From positions 18,681 to 82,680 of the forward strand of contig DWXH01000025.1 of the NCBI GenBank assembly GCA_019119305.1: 64,000 nucleotides of DNA. The letters are read 5' to 3'. How positions within the stretch are numbered: position 1 is the stretch's first letter; each line of letters opens with the position of its first letter. The notes beneath the pieces are model-generated. The model worked only from the letters and a program-made list of their open reading frames with translations. It was not told the origin of the DNA and did no database searches. Shown here piece after piece: positions 50,068-58,872 of this stretch. Position numbers and translations under genes: made by a program. This DNA comes from Candidatus Alistipes merdigallinarum. Its GTDB lineage: Bacteria; Bacteroidota; Bacteroidia; Bacteroidales; Rikenellaceae.

Positions 50068-50198
50068 GGTCGGGCGGGAGGCCGCGACAATCCCCACTAC
50101 TGAGTAGAATTGCAGGGGGGCTTCACCCTGAATAGGTATTGGAAAAGAGAATTTTGTATAAAATGGAGCGGGTTTGCGAATGTGCCGAAAAAAATAGC

Positions 50199-50206
50199 TA
50201 CTTTTG
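50199..50206 (+). promoter_or_regulatory. -7 box TACTTTTG for ileS
   Basis: 35 nt upstream of the ATG at 50241. Confidence 0.55.
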
Positions 50207-50240
50207 TACTCCGTTTTGTCGCAAAACAAGAGAGTGAATC

Positions 50241-53200
50241 ATGAGCAATTTAAAATTCAAGGAGTATAAAGGTCTTGATCTTTCCCGGATCAATGAAGAT
50301 ATTTTGAAACAGTGGGATGCTGACGATACGTTTCATCAGAGCATCGAGACGCGTGAGGGACATCCGACATTTGTTTTCTATGAAGGTCCCCCTTCGGCTA
50401 ACGGCAAACCGGGTATTCACCACGTCATGGCGCGAACCATAAAAGATATTATCTGTCGGTTCAAGACACAGCAAGGCTATCTGGTACACCGGAAAGCGGG
50501 CTGGGATACGCACGGACTTCCGGTCGAACTGGGTGTCGAGAAGAAGCTGGGTATTACAAAGGAGGACATCGGTTCCAAAATTTCGATCGAGGAGTACAAC
50601 AAGATCTGTCGTCAGGAGGTGATGACCTATACCGATATTTGGGAGCAGTTGACCCGTAATATGGGGTATTGGGTCAACATGGACGATCCTTATATTACTT
50701 ACGATAACAAATATATCGAAACCCTTTGGTATCTGTTGAGCGAGTTGTATAAGAAAGGTTTGCTCTATAAAGGGTATACCATACAGCCCTATTCGCCGGC
50801 TGCGGGAACCGGACTCAGCAACCACGAGTTGAACCAGCCCGGATGTTATCGCGACGTGAAGGACACGACCTGTACGGCACAGTTTACCGTGATCCGCAAC
50901 GAACGCAGCGAGTTCCTCTATGACGATGTGTTCGGAACGCTTTACTTCCTGGCATGGACGACCACCCCTTGGACCCTGCCGTCGAATACGGCATTGGCCG
51001 TAGGACCTGCGATCCGGTACGTGAAGGTGCAGTCGTATAATCCGTATACGGCCGAACCGCTGACCGTAATCCTTGCCAAGGATCTGTTGCATAACTATTT
51101 CCCGAAAAAAAATGAGGAGCTTCCGATGGAAGGGTACGACGGAAATGGAAAGAGTATTCCGTATCGTGTCGTGGCCGAATATGCAGGGGCGGATTTGATA
51201 GGGATTCAGTATGAACAATTGGTTCCGTGGATCAAACCTGATGGCGATGCGTTCCGGGTGATCGGAGGCGATTATGTGACGACGGAGGACGGTACGGGAA
51301 TCGTGCACATCGCTCCGACGTTCGGTGCCGACGACGACCGGGTGGCCAAACAGAGCGGCATTCCGCCATTGGTCGTTGTGGATCGGGCCGGGAAACGGCA
51401 GCCGATGGTCGACCGGACCGGGAAATTCTTCCTGCTGGAGGATATGGATCCCGAATTTGTCAAGACGCATGTCGATGCAGCGGCTTACAAGGAGTATGCG
51501 GGTCGGTTCGTGAAGAACGCATACGATCCGAACCTGACCGATAACGATCCGACGCTCGATATCGATCTGTGCATGAAGTTCAAGTTCGAGAATAAGGCGT
51601 TTAAGATCGAGAAGCATGTGCACAACTATCCGCACTGTTGGAGAACCGACAAACCGGTGCTGTACTATCCGTTGGATTCGTGGTTCATCAAGACGACCGC
51701 CCTTAAGGATCGGTTGATTGCCTTGAACGAGACGATCAACTGGAAACCGGTCAGCACGGGTGCGGGACGGTTCGGTAAGTGGCTTGAGAATCTGGTCGAC
51801 TGGAACCTGTCGCGGTCGCGTTATTGGGGTACACCGCTGCCGATCTGGGCCACCGAAGACCACAGCGAGATGAAATGTATCGGATCGGTTGCTGAACTGA
51901 AAGCCGAAATCGACAAGTCGATCGCTGCGGGCTTTATGAGTGAAAATCCCTTTGCCGATTACGTCGAAGGGGATTACAGTAAGGAAAATTATAAAAAATT
52001 CGATCTGCATCGTCCGTATGTGGACCAGATTGTGTTGGTGTCGGACACGGGTCGAAAGATGGTTCGGGAGAGTGACCTGATCGACGTGTGGTTCGACTCC
52101 GGAGCTATGCCCTACGCGCAGGTGCACTATCCGTTCGAAATCTCCGGAGATGCGTTCCGGAAGGTCTATCCGGCCGATTTCGTGGCCGAGGGTGTAGACC
52201 AGACGCGCGGATGGTTCTTCACGTTGCACGCTTTGGCCGTGATGCTGTTCGATAGCGTGGCATTCAAGAATATCATTTCGAACGGTCTTGTGCTCGACAA
52301 AAACGGCAATAAGATGAGCAAACGGCTCGGCAATGCGGTCGATCCGTTCGAGGTCCTCGAAAAGTATGGCGCAGATGCCGTGCGGTGGTATATGATCTCT
52401 AACTCGCAGCCTTGGGACAATCTGAAGTTCGATGTGGACGGCGTAGACGAAGTACGGCGCAAATTTTTCGGAACGCTTTATAATACATACAGTTTCTTTG
52501 CGTTGTATGCCAATGTCGATGGATTTACGGGTAAGGAGAAAGAGATCCCCGTGTCGGAACGTCCCGAAATCGACCGGTGGATCATCTCGTTGTTGAATAC
52601 GCTGGTGGCTGATGTGACCCGTTATCTGGAAAATTATGATCCGACACCGGCAGCACGTGCGATACAGGAGTTCGTGGGCGAGAACCTCTCGAACTGGTAC
52701 GTGCGGTTGAATCGGAAACGTTTCTGGGGCGGAGGCCTGTCGGACGATAAGTTGGCGGCATATCAAACCCTTTACACCTGTTTGGAAACCGTTGCCCAGT
52801 TGTCGGCTCCGTTCGCTCCGTTTATCTCAGACCGGATTTTTACCGACCTGAATGCCGTGAGCGGCCGTCACGCCGATGTGTCGGTACACCTCAGTTTGTT
52901 CCCCGTTGCGGAGGTTTCGCTTGTTGACCGCGATTTGGAAGAGAAAATGGCGATGGCCCAAAAAGTGTCGTCGATGGTTTTGGCTTTGCGGCGTAAGGTG
53001 AACATCAAAGTACGTCAGCCGTTGTCGAAGATTTTGATTCCGGTACTCGATCCGGTGGTTAAAGAGCATATCGAGGCCGTGCGCGGATTGATCCTGAGCG
53101 AAGTGAATATCAAGGAACTTGAATTTATTGAAGATACGACCGGGGTGATTACCAAGCGGATCAAACCGAATTTCAAGACATTGGGACCTCGATACGGGAA

Positions 53201-53678
53201 ACAGATGAAGCAGATTTCGGCTCTGGTCGCAGCCTTCTCCCAAGCCGATATCGCACAGTTGGAGCGGACCGATTCGTGGACGACGGAGATCGACGGGGTG
53301 AAGATCGAGGCTACGGCTGCCGATTTCGAGATTACGTCGGAAGATATGCCGGGGTGGTTGGTTACGACAGAGGGTAAACTGACCGTAGCTATGGATATAA
53401 CGTTGACGGATGAGCTTCGCAAGGAGGGTCTGGCACGAGAGTTGGTGAACCGTATCCAGAATATCCGGAAAGATAGCGGATTTGAGGTGACGGATAAGAT
53501 TCGTGTGACGTTTGAAAAGAATGAAATGGTGGGTGCGGCGATAGCTTCATTCCGGGATTATATTACGACACAGGTATTGGCTGTAGAGATTCTCGAAACA
53601 GAAAATTTGACGGATCCAGCGGTTCAGGACCTTGATTTGGACGATTTGACGGTTAAGATTTTGGTAAAGCGGGTGTGA
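50241..53678 (+). CDS. ileS: Isoleucine--tRNA ligase
   Basis: 1145 aa class I aaRS. HIGH-region 'PSANGKPGIHHV', 'KMSKR' loop, and CP1 editing insertion. Confidence 0.97.
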   Translation: MSNLKFKEYKGLDLSRINEDILKQWDADDTFHQSIETREGHPTFVFYEGPPSANGKPGIHHVMARTIKDIICRFKTQQGYLVHRKAGWDTHGLPVELGVEKKLGITKEDIGSKISIEEYNKICRQEVMTYTDIWEQLTRNMGYWVNMDDPYITYDNKYIETLWYLLSELYKKGLLYKGYTIQPYSPAAGTGLSNHELNQPGCYRDVKDTTCTAQFTVIRNERSEFLYDDVFGTLYFLAWTTTPWTLPSNTALAVGPAIRYVKVQSYNPYTAEPLTVILAKDLLHNYFPKKNEELPMEGYDGNGKSIPYRVVAEYAGADLIGIQYEQLVPWIKPDGDAFRVIGGDYVTTEDGTGIVHIAPTFGADDDRVAKQSGIPPLVVVDRAGKRQPMVDRTGKFFLLEDMDPEFVKTHVDAAAYKEYAGRFVKNAYDPNLTDNDPTLDIDLCMKFKFENKAFKIEKHVHNYPHCWRTDKPVLYYPLDSWFIKTTALKDRLIALNETINWKPVSTGAGRFGKWLENLVDWNLSRSRYWGTPLPIWATEDHSEMKCIGSVAELKAEIDKSIAAGFMSENPFADYVEGDYSKENYKKFDLHRPYVDQIVLVSDTGRKMVRESDLIDVWFDSGAMPYAQVHYPFEISGDAFRKVYPADFVAEGVDQTRGWFFTLHALAVMLFDSVAFKNIISNGLVLDKNGNKMSKRLGNAVDPFEVLEKYGADAVRWYMISNSQPWDNLKFDVDGVDEVRRKFFGTLYNTYSFFALYANVDGFTGKEKEIPVSERPEIDRWIISLLNTLVADVTRYLENYDPTPAARAIQEFVGENLSNWYVRLNRKRFWGGGLSDDKLAAYQTLYTCLETVAQLSAPFAPFISDRIFTDLNAVSGRHADVSVHLSLFPVAEVSLVDRDLEEKMAMAQKVSSMVLALRRKVNIKVRQPLSKILIPVLDPVVKEHIEAVRGLILSEVNIKELEFIEDTTGVITKRIKPNFKTLGPRYGKQMKQISALVAAFSQADIAQLERTDSWTTEIDGVKIEATAADFEITSEDMPGWLVTTEGKLTVAMDITLTDELRKEGLARELVNRIQNIRKDSGFEVTDKIRVTFEKNEMVGAAIASFRDYITTQVLAVEILETENLTDPAVQDLDLDDLTVKILVKRV

Positions 53679-53764
53679 AAAAATGATCGTTCGATGCGAA
53701 AATAGTTTGCAACGTCGTAAAAAAATGTTATTTTTATACCGTAACATAAAAAAATATTAGAGCC

Positions 53765-54148
53765 ATGTCTGGAGTTGAAAAAACGCGGTATTCTGATGAG
53801 GAATTGCAGGAATTCAAGCAGATCATACTGCAAAAGTTGGAAAAGGCAAAGGCTGATTACGATTTGCTTCGGTCGACCATCACGCATACGGCGAGCAACG
53901 ACATCGAAGATACCTCACCGACGTTCAAAACTCTCGATGAGGGAGCGGCGATTCTGTCGAAAGAGGAGTCGGGTCGTTTGGCTCAACGTCAGTTGAAATT
54001 TATTCAACATTTGGAAGCGGCATTGGTTCGTATCGAAAACAAGACTTATGGCGTTTGCCGTGAAACCGGAAAGTTGATTCCCAAAGAGCGTTTGCGCATC
54101 GTGCCTCATGCTACTTTGTGTATCGAAGCGAAGGATGAACATAAGTAG
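53765..54148 (+). CDS. DksA/TraR-family protein with degenerate zinc finger
   Basis: 127 aa with a coiled-coil N-terminus. C-terminal 'YGVCRETGKLIPKERLRIVPHATLCIEAK' has the C-x2-X-x17-C-x2-X spacing. Confidence 0.75.
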   Translation: MSGVEKTRYSDEELQEFKQIILQKLEKAKADYDLLRSTITHTASNDIEDTSPTFKTLDEGAAILSKEESGRLAQRQLKFIQHLEAALVRIENKTYGVCRETGKLIPKERLRIVPHATLCIEAKDEHK

Positions 54149-54179
54149 TCTTTAGAGATGATTGTTGTTGAAAATTAAC

Positions 54180-54210
54180 AAGGAGGGATAGCTATGCCCT
54201 CCTTATTTTG
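54180..54210 (+). terminator. Hairpin plus T-run between the dksA-like gene and rnhA
   Basis: 8 bp stem AAGGAGGG/CCCTCCTT followed by ATTTTGTTGTT. It ends 6 nt before the rnhA ATG, so it may be only a partial terminator. Confidence 0.45.
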
Positions 54211-54215
54211 TTGTT

Positions 54216-54695
54216 ATGGGAACTCAGATTACCATTTATACCGATGGAGCCTCACAGGGAAATCCGGGACGGGGAGGTTACGGAGTCGTATTGTTGAGCG
54301 GTCCTTATCGTAAGGAGTTGAGTGCGGGTTATGCGTTGACGACGAACAACCGGATGGAGCTGATGGCCGTGATCGTAGGGTTGGAGGCGCTGAAATACGA
54401 TGGATGTGAAGTTACGGTATACAGCGATTCCCAATATGTAGTACATGCGGTTGAGAAGGGTTGGGTTTTCGTTTGGGAGAAAAAGAATTTTAAGGATAAA
54501 AAGAATGCTGATTTGTGGCGGCGTTTTTTGGGGGTGTATCGTCGACATTCGGTCCGGTTTGTATGGGTGAAAGGGCACGCTTCGATACCGGAGAACGAAC
54601 GGTGTGATCGTTTGGCGGTTATGGCGGCTGCTTCGGGACAGTTGTTGCAGGATGTCGGTTATATTTCGGAGACGAATCCCGGTGGCGTGAAATAA
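54216..54695 (+). CDS. rnhA: Ribonuclease HI
   Basis: 159 aa. 'IYTDGASQGNPGRGGYG', 'TNNRMEL' and 'SDSQYV' contain the catalytic D-E-D residues. Confidence 0.93.
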   Translation: MGTQITIYTDGASQGNPGRGGYGVVLLSGPYRKELSAGYALTTNNRMELMAVIVGLEALKYDGCEVTVYSDSQYVVHAVEKGWVFVWEKKNFKDKKNADLWRRFLGVYRRHSVRFVWVKGHASIPENERCDRLAVMAAASGQLLQDVGYISETNPGGVK

Positions 54696-54756
54696 GGAAA
54701 CTGGGAGGTAAAACAAATAAAATTCGTTTTCTTTTTGGTATAACGAAAAAACTGTC

Positions 54757-54764
54757 TATCTTTG
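54757..54764 (+). promoter_or_regulatory. -7 box TATCTTTG for tRNA-Lys
   Basis: Ends 17 nt before the tRNA 5' end. Confidence 0.6.
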
Positions 54765-54780
54765 CACCACCAAAAACGGA

Positions 54781-54853
54781 GATTCAGTAGCTCAGCAGGT
54801 AGAGCACAACACTTTTAATGTTGGGGTCCTGGGTTCGAGCCCCAGCTGGATCA
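54781..54853 (+). tRNA. tRNA-Lys (anticodon TTT)
   Basis: Hand-folded cloverleaf. Acceptor GATTCAG/CTGGATC, D stem GCTC/GAGC, anticodon stem CAACA/TGTTG with loop CTTTTAA, T arm CTGGG-TTCGAGC-CCCAG. 73 nt with no encoded CCA. Confidence 0.9.
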
Positions 54854-54884
54854 CGAAAAACAAGAGACAGAACAGGGTCATTAG

Positions 54885-54916
54885 AAAGCTCCTACAGAAT
54901 TTGTGGGAGCTTTTTT
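54885..54916 (+). terminator. Terminator after tRNA-Lys
   Basis: 8 bp stem AAAGCTCC/GGAGCTTT followed by a T-run. Confidence 0.65.
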
Positions 54917-55167
54917 GTTGGGCTTGAGAGACCGTCGGTAAGAAGTCATCAGGGGTTATAATAATAGAACAGAGAAATTTTTCCCATACATTCGGATTCT
55001 GTATGGAATATGTTTCGATTATTATGTTGAAGAAGCGATATGATCCTTTCCGATGCAAAATTTCGATGAAATTTTTTAAGACAAGGGATTTGTGAAAAAG
55101 AAGCCCGACGAGTCTGTCTCAAATCGACCGGTCCGATGAACAAAGAGAGAAAGTCCTGATTCTATAT

Positions 55168-55210
55168 AAAAAAGCCGCAACCATATTATTTTATAAAGGT
55201 TGCGGCTTTT
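55168..55210 (-). terminator. Terminator after tRNA-Leu(TAA)
   Basis: 13 bp stem AAAAGCCGCAACC/GGTTGCGGCTTTT immediately 3' of the tRNA, with a T-run on the minus strand. Confidence 0.75.
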
Positions 55211-55212
55211 CG

Positions 55213-55298
55213 TACTCGGAACGGGAATCGAACCCGTACGGACATTTCTGCCCACGGGATTTTAAGTCCCGCGTGTCTACCTATTCCACCATCCGAGC
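55213..55298 (-). tRNA. tRNA-Leu (anticodon TAA), long variable arm
   Basis: Minus-strand fold. Acceptor GCTCGGA/TCCGAGT, anticodon stem CGGGA/TCCCG with loop CTTAAAA, variable arm about 17 nt, T arm ACGGG-TTCGATT-CCCGT. 86 nt. Confidence 0.88.
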
Positions 55299-55338
55299 CC
55301 CAGTGTAGGAGTTCTTTTGTATTCAAAGAATCGAGAGG

Positions 55339-55346
55339 CAAATATA
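55339..55346 (-). promoter_or_regulatory. Candidate -7 box TATATTTG (minus strand) for tRNA-Leu(TAA)
   Basis: Plus-strand CAAATATA, 41 nt upstream of the tRNA 5' end. The spacing is longer than for the other tRNAs. Confidence 0.35.
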
Positions 55347-55360
55347 CGGATATTTGAACA

Positions 55361-56290
55361 TTAAACAAATTCCCGTATGTACTTTTCGATCTTTTCGGCA
55401 CAAAAAGCATTACCGTCCATCCATACCGTATCGGGATCACGCCGGAACCACGTCTCCTGTCTTTTGGCGTAACGGCGGCTGTTGCGTTGGATCAGGGATA
55501 CGGCCTCCTCGCGACTGATCTTGCCGTCGAAAAATTCGAACAGTTCTTTATAACCGACGGTCTGCAAGGCGTTGTAATGACGTAACGGGATCAACGAACG
55601 GACCTCCTGTTCTAAACCTTGCTCCATCATGTGGATAACCCGACGGTCGATCCGTTCGTAAAGTTGCACTCGGGGCATCTGTATACCGATTTTGAGGATA
55701 CGGAACGGCCGTTGCTTGACGGTCTGTTTGCGCAGAGAGCTGTATGGCTTCCCGGTTTGCAGACAAACTTCGAGGGCCCGGATAATACGTTGCGGATTGG
55801 CCCGGTCGACCTGTTCGTAATAGATGGGATCAAGATTACGGAGCCGCAGTGTCAATGCCTCGAGGCCTTGTTGTTCGAGCTCTTGAATAAGCTGTTGTCG
55901 TAGCATGGGGTCGGTCGGGGGAAGTGCGTCCATCCCGTAGCAGAGAGCATCGATATAGAGTCCCGATCCGCCGACCAGAAACAGTATGTCGTGCCGGTGA
56001 AACAGCTCTCCGATGCATCTTAAGGCATCCTCTTCATAACGGCCTGCCGAATAGTCTTCCGTGACGCTTCTTGTCCCGATGAAGTGGTGCGGTACGGCGG
56101 CCAGCTCTTCGGCGGTGGGCTTGGCCGTACCGATACTCATCTCGCGGTAGATTTGCCGGGAGTCGGAAGAGATGATTTCACTTTGAAACGCTTGTGCAAG
56201 ATGGATTCCGATGTCGGTTTTCCCCGTGGCGGTGGCCCCGAGGATGACGACCAGTGTTTTCCTTTTCGGTGAATCAGTCGTCATAGTCAT
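55361..56290 (-). CDS. miaA: tRNA dimethylallyltransferase MiaA
   Basis: 309 aa from the ATG at 56290 ('MTMTTDSPKRKTLVVILGATATGKT', P-loop). Also 'SSDSRQIYREMSIGTAKP'. The ORF-track extension to 56425 was rejected. Confidence 0.9.
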   Translation of the reverse strand: MTMTTDSPKRKTLVVILGATATGKTDIGIHLAQAFQSEIISSDSRQIYREMSIGTAKPTAEELAAVPHHFIGTRSVTEDYSAGRYEEDALRCIGELFHRHDILFLVGGSGLYIDALCYGMDALPPTDPMLRQQLIQELEQQGLEALTLRLRNLDPIYYEQVDRANPQRIIRALEVCLQTGKPYSSLRKQTVKQRPFRILKIGIQMPRVQLYERIDRRVIHMMEQGLEQEVRSLIPLRHYNALQTVGYKELFEFFDGKISREEAVSLIQRNSRRYAKRQETWFRRDPDTVWMDGNAFCAEKIEKYIREFV

Positions 56291-56789
56291 TGTAAGTGTC
56301 GGTCCCGTTGAAATCGCTGAATTCATCCATGGCTTCGTCGAACATCGAATGGCCTTCGGCATTTTCCGGATGATCCTGGTCGGGGGCGTCGTTTTGTGTT
56401 GCGACGGTTCTGGGGTATTCGACACCTGCTTCGGTCTTTTTTGCCCCGGTCAGCTCCAGATAAAAGGCCCGGTCGCCGAACAGGTCGAAACAGTAAATCA
56501 GCCGGTCACGATTGTTGTGGAGAATTTGCGATAGGAGCGTGTCAGACATGACACGGGGACCTTCAGCTTCTGTTTCACCCATGTCCATGTCGACTGAGGT
56601 AAACTCTTCCAGTTTGTTCCATTGACTGTCTGCCGTGAAAAAGGAGGTGACCGAATCGGACCGATAGTGTACGTCTCGGTCGATGAACTCCCGAAAATCG
56701 GAGAGGGTCATATCGTAAGGGACTTCATATTCGCGCAGGAAGTAATCGTCTTCGTCGTAAAGCATTCTGAAATGGAAAATCATCGACAT
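56274..56789 (-). CDS. Small acidic hypothetical protein, possibly pRiA4b ORF-3/MM3350-like domain
   Basis: 171 aa. The N-terminal 'FHFRMLYDEDDYFLREYEVPYDMTLSDFREFI' resembles that family from memory. The 3' end overlaps the miaA start by 17 nt. Confidence 0.4.
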   Translation of the reverse strand: MSMIFHFRMLYDEDDYFLREYEVPYDMTLSDFREFIDRDVHYRSDSVTSFFTADSQWNKLEEFTSVDMDMGETEAEGPRVMSDTLLSQILHNNRDRLIYCFDLFGDRAFYLELTGAKKTEAGVEYPRTVATQNDAPDQDHPENAEGHSMFDEAMDEFSDFNGTDTYNDYDD

Positions 56790-56842
56790 ATCGTGTGATT
56801 TTTGTTTTTCGATGTTTGTTTTTTCAAAGATACGGGATTTTT

Positions 56843-57850
56843 TCAGATTCGCAGTAAAAAATCGATTACGTCGACTCCGTCAGGATAGTCGTTCAGCGAG
56901 GGGTGTTGCGCCTGTCCGAATCCCGTACAACGGGGGTGTCGGATGACCTCCGAAACGATGCATTGGATCCGGTTGTTGTGGTCGGCGATCCAGTGTTCAA
57001 CTTCATTGAGGGCATTGTAGGTCGAGCAGGCGATTTCGCTGATCCGGTTGTCGTCCCCATCCTCTTTGCAAAGCAGGAAAAAACCGCCGTCGATCATCGG
57101 AGAACCGTTCATCGTGCGGATCGCCTTGCTTTGCCGGTAGTTGTTCAGGTAAGGCTGGTGCGATACGGGATGCAGTGCCAGTCGGTCGCACAGCGATCCC
57201 AGATCATATCCGGATGGTATGAAAAGCCGACTGACGTTACGGCAGCCCAAGCCGAAGTATAAAAAAATATCCTCGGCGAGCCCGTCCAGTTGTTCGGGAG
57301 ACTCTTTCCCGGAGAGAACGGCAAGGCTATGTCGGGTCCCGCGCAGCAGGCAGGGTAATTCGTTGCTCTGCTTTTGGAAGTGGAGCAGGGTGGAGTCGCT
57401 GCCGCTGACGATCAGGGCGTCGATCGGGGTATCCGGATCGAGCGGTTCGATGTCGGTGTCCGGATCGATCTGCCGGAGGGTGCGGACAACCCACTCCATC
57501 AGTACCCGGTCTTTCGACGAATATTTGACCCGACAGCGGTGCCCGCAAATACAGACGCAGAGCAGGTCGAAAAAACCGACCAGCGGAATGTTCCCGGCCA
57601 TGACGACTCCGACGCTTTTCGGGGTAAAACGGTCCGGGACAGGGTAGTTTGCGAGCCAGCGAATCAGTGCGTCCGGTTGCAACATCTTTTCATAGATGGC
57701 TTGAATGGCCGTTCGGATAGAAACAGGTGTAAACCATACGTTCTCCTCGACAGCCCGCTTGATAATCGGTTGCAGGGTCCCTTCCCGCAGAGCACGGGCG
57801 AACAGCTCTCCGAGTGCAGAGAAAGTGGATATGCGGTAATTTGTTGTCAT
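56843..57850 (-). CDS. LuxC-like acyl-CoA reductase family protein
   Basis: 335 aa. The length and sequence pattern ('VMAGNIPLVGFFDLLC', 'FGLGCRNVS') fit the Bacteroidota acyl-CoA reductase family. The call is from memory only. Confidence 0.5.
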   Translation of the reverse strand: MTTNYRISTFSALGELFARALREGTLQPIIKRAVEENVWFTPVSIRTAIQAIYEKMLQPDALIRWLANYPVPDRFTPKSVGVVMAGNIPLVGFFDLLCVCICGHRCRVKYSSKDRVLMEWVVRTLRQIDPDTDIEPLDPDTPIDALIVSGSDSTLLHFQKQSNELPCLLRGTRHSLAVLSGKESPEQLDGLAEDIFLYFGLGCRNVSRLFIPSGYDLGSLCDRLALHPVSHQPYLNNYRQSKAIRTMNGSPMIDGGFFLLCKEDGDDNRISEIACSTYNALNEVEHWIADHNNRIQCIVSEVIRHPRCTGFGQAQHPSLNDYPDGVDVIDFLLRI

Positions 57851-57988
57851 AATGGTCTGGACAAAGCTATAAAAAAGTTACATTTGCAGAAAAGAGTTTT
57901 TTAGAATTCGGTGATCGATGACCCCTGTGATGGATCGGTTACATCATGGCTGATGGATAAAATAGAAAAATAGATAAAGATAAAAGAG

Positions 57989-58747
57989 ATGGAATTTTTA
58001 GCATTGATTCCGGCCCGTTATGCCTCTACCCGTTTCCCGGGCAAGCCGTTGGCCGATTTGGACGGACGTCCGATGATCCGTTATGTCTATGAAACGGCTG
58101 CATCGTTTTTTTCGGCATGTTATGTGGCGACGGACGATGACCGTATTTTCGATACCGTAAAAGGTTTTGGTGGCAAGGCGGTGATGACCGCATCGACGCA
58201 TCGCAGCGGGACGGATCGTTGTCGCGAGGCCCTCGATCGGGTGGAAGAGATAACCGGTCGCCATTTTGATGTCGTGGTCAACATACAGGGGGATGAACCG
58301 TTTCTTTCGGTCGGACAGCTTCAGCGTATCATAGGGTGTTTCGATGAGGCCTCTGCCCAGATCGCGACGTTGGTCAAACCGTTCGGGGCTGGAGAGGATG
58401 TTTTTAATCCCAATTCGCCGAAAGTCGTCTGCTCGGCCGACGGCCATGCCCTCTATTTCAGCCGCTCACCGATCCCGTTTTTGCGGGGCGTCGAGCGGGA
58501 TCGTTGGCAGGAGTCGTACCGTTTCCTAAAACATATCGGCCTCTATGCCTACCGGAGCGATGTGTTGCGGCAAATCACGGAACTGCCTCAAGGCGAACTC
58601 GAAAAAAAGGAGTCGCTCGAACAGTTGCGGTGGCTCGAAAACGGATTCCGAATCCGGGTTGCGGAGACCGACAGCGAAAGCCTGGCGATCGATACGCCGG
58701 AGGATTTGGTCGCTGCGGTTGCATTTATGCGCAAAAAAGGGAAATAG
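57989..58747 (+). CDS. kdsB: 3-deoxy-manno-octulosonate cytidylyltransferase KdsB
   Basis: 252 aa. Motifs 'LIPARYASTRFPGKPL', 'NIQGDEP' and 'LEQLRWLENG'. Confidence 0.93.
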   Translation: MEFLALIPARYASTRFPGKPLADLDGRPMIRYVYETAASFFSACYVATDDDRIFDTVKGFGGKAVMTASTHRSGTDRCREALDRVEEITGRHFDVVVNIQGDEPFLSVGQLQRIIGCFDEASAQIATLVKPFGAGEDVFNPNSPKVVCSADGHALYFSRSPIPFLRGVERDRWQESYRFLKHIGLYAYRSDVLRQITELPQGELEKKESLEQLRWLENGFRIRVAETDSESLAIDTPEDLVAAVAFMRKKGK

Positions 58748-58780
58748 ACAGGGATATTTTGCGGTTTTTGAAAAAACGCT

Positions 58781-58788
58781 TACATTTG
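58781..58788 (+). promoter_or_regulatory. -7 box TACATTTG for rho
   Basis: 85 nt upstream of the rho ATG, implying a structured leader of about 75-80 nt. Confidence 0.5.
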
Positions 58789-58872
58789 TGATGCCGTCGA
58801 AATCGTTCGTCGGCTGTTTCCCGTTCGGGAAACAGTGTATCATGAGTTATATATTCCGTAAAAAAGATAAGT

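Noticed and set aside
50040-50100. A possible Fur-type iron box upstream of the imelysin operon ('aatgattttgacgttgc').
   Set aside because: It bears only a weak resemblance to the enterobacterial Fur consensus, and I do not have a reliable Bacteroidota Fur motif to compare against. This is not enough to call a site.
50250-52766. An 838-codon stop-free ORF antisense to ileS.
   Set aside because: The sense strand encodes an unambiguous IleRS (HIGH and KMSKR motifs, full length). The antisense translation is Arg/His/Pro/Ile-rich with no recognisable domain, signal or promoter box. Long antisense open frames are a known by-product of codon bias in moderately GC-rich genes. It is a curiosity only; ribosome profiling would be needed to revive it.
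57862-57886. Candidate -7 boxes in the acyl-CoA reductase/kdsB divergent region: CAAAGCTA on the minus strand at 57862-57869 and TACATTTG on the plus strand at 57879-57886.
   Set aside because: The spacing to the start codons is atypical, at 12 nt and 103 nt respectively. They may be real but are not well enough supported to list as features.
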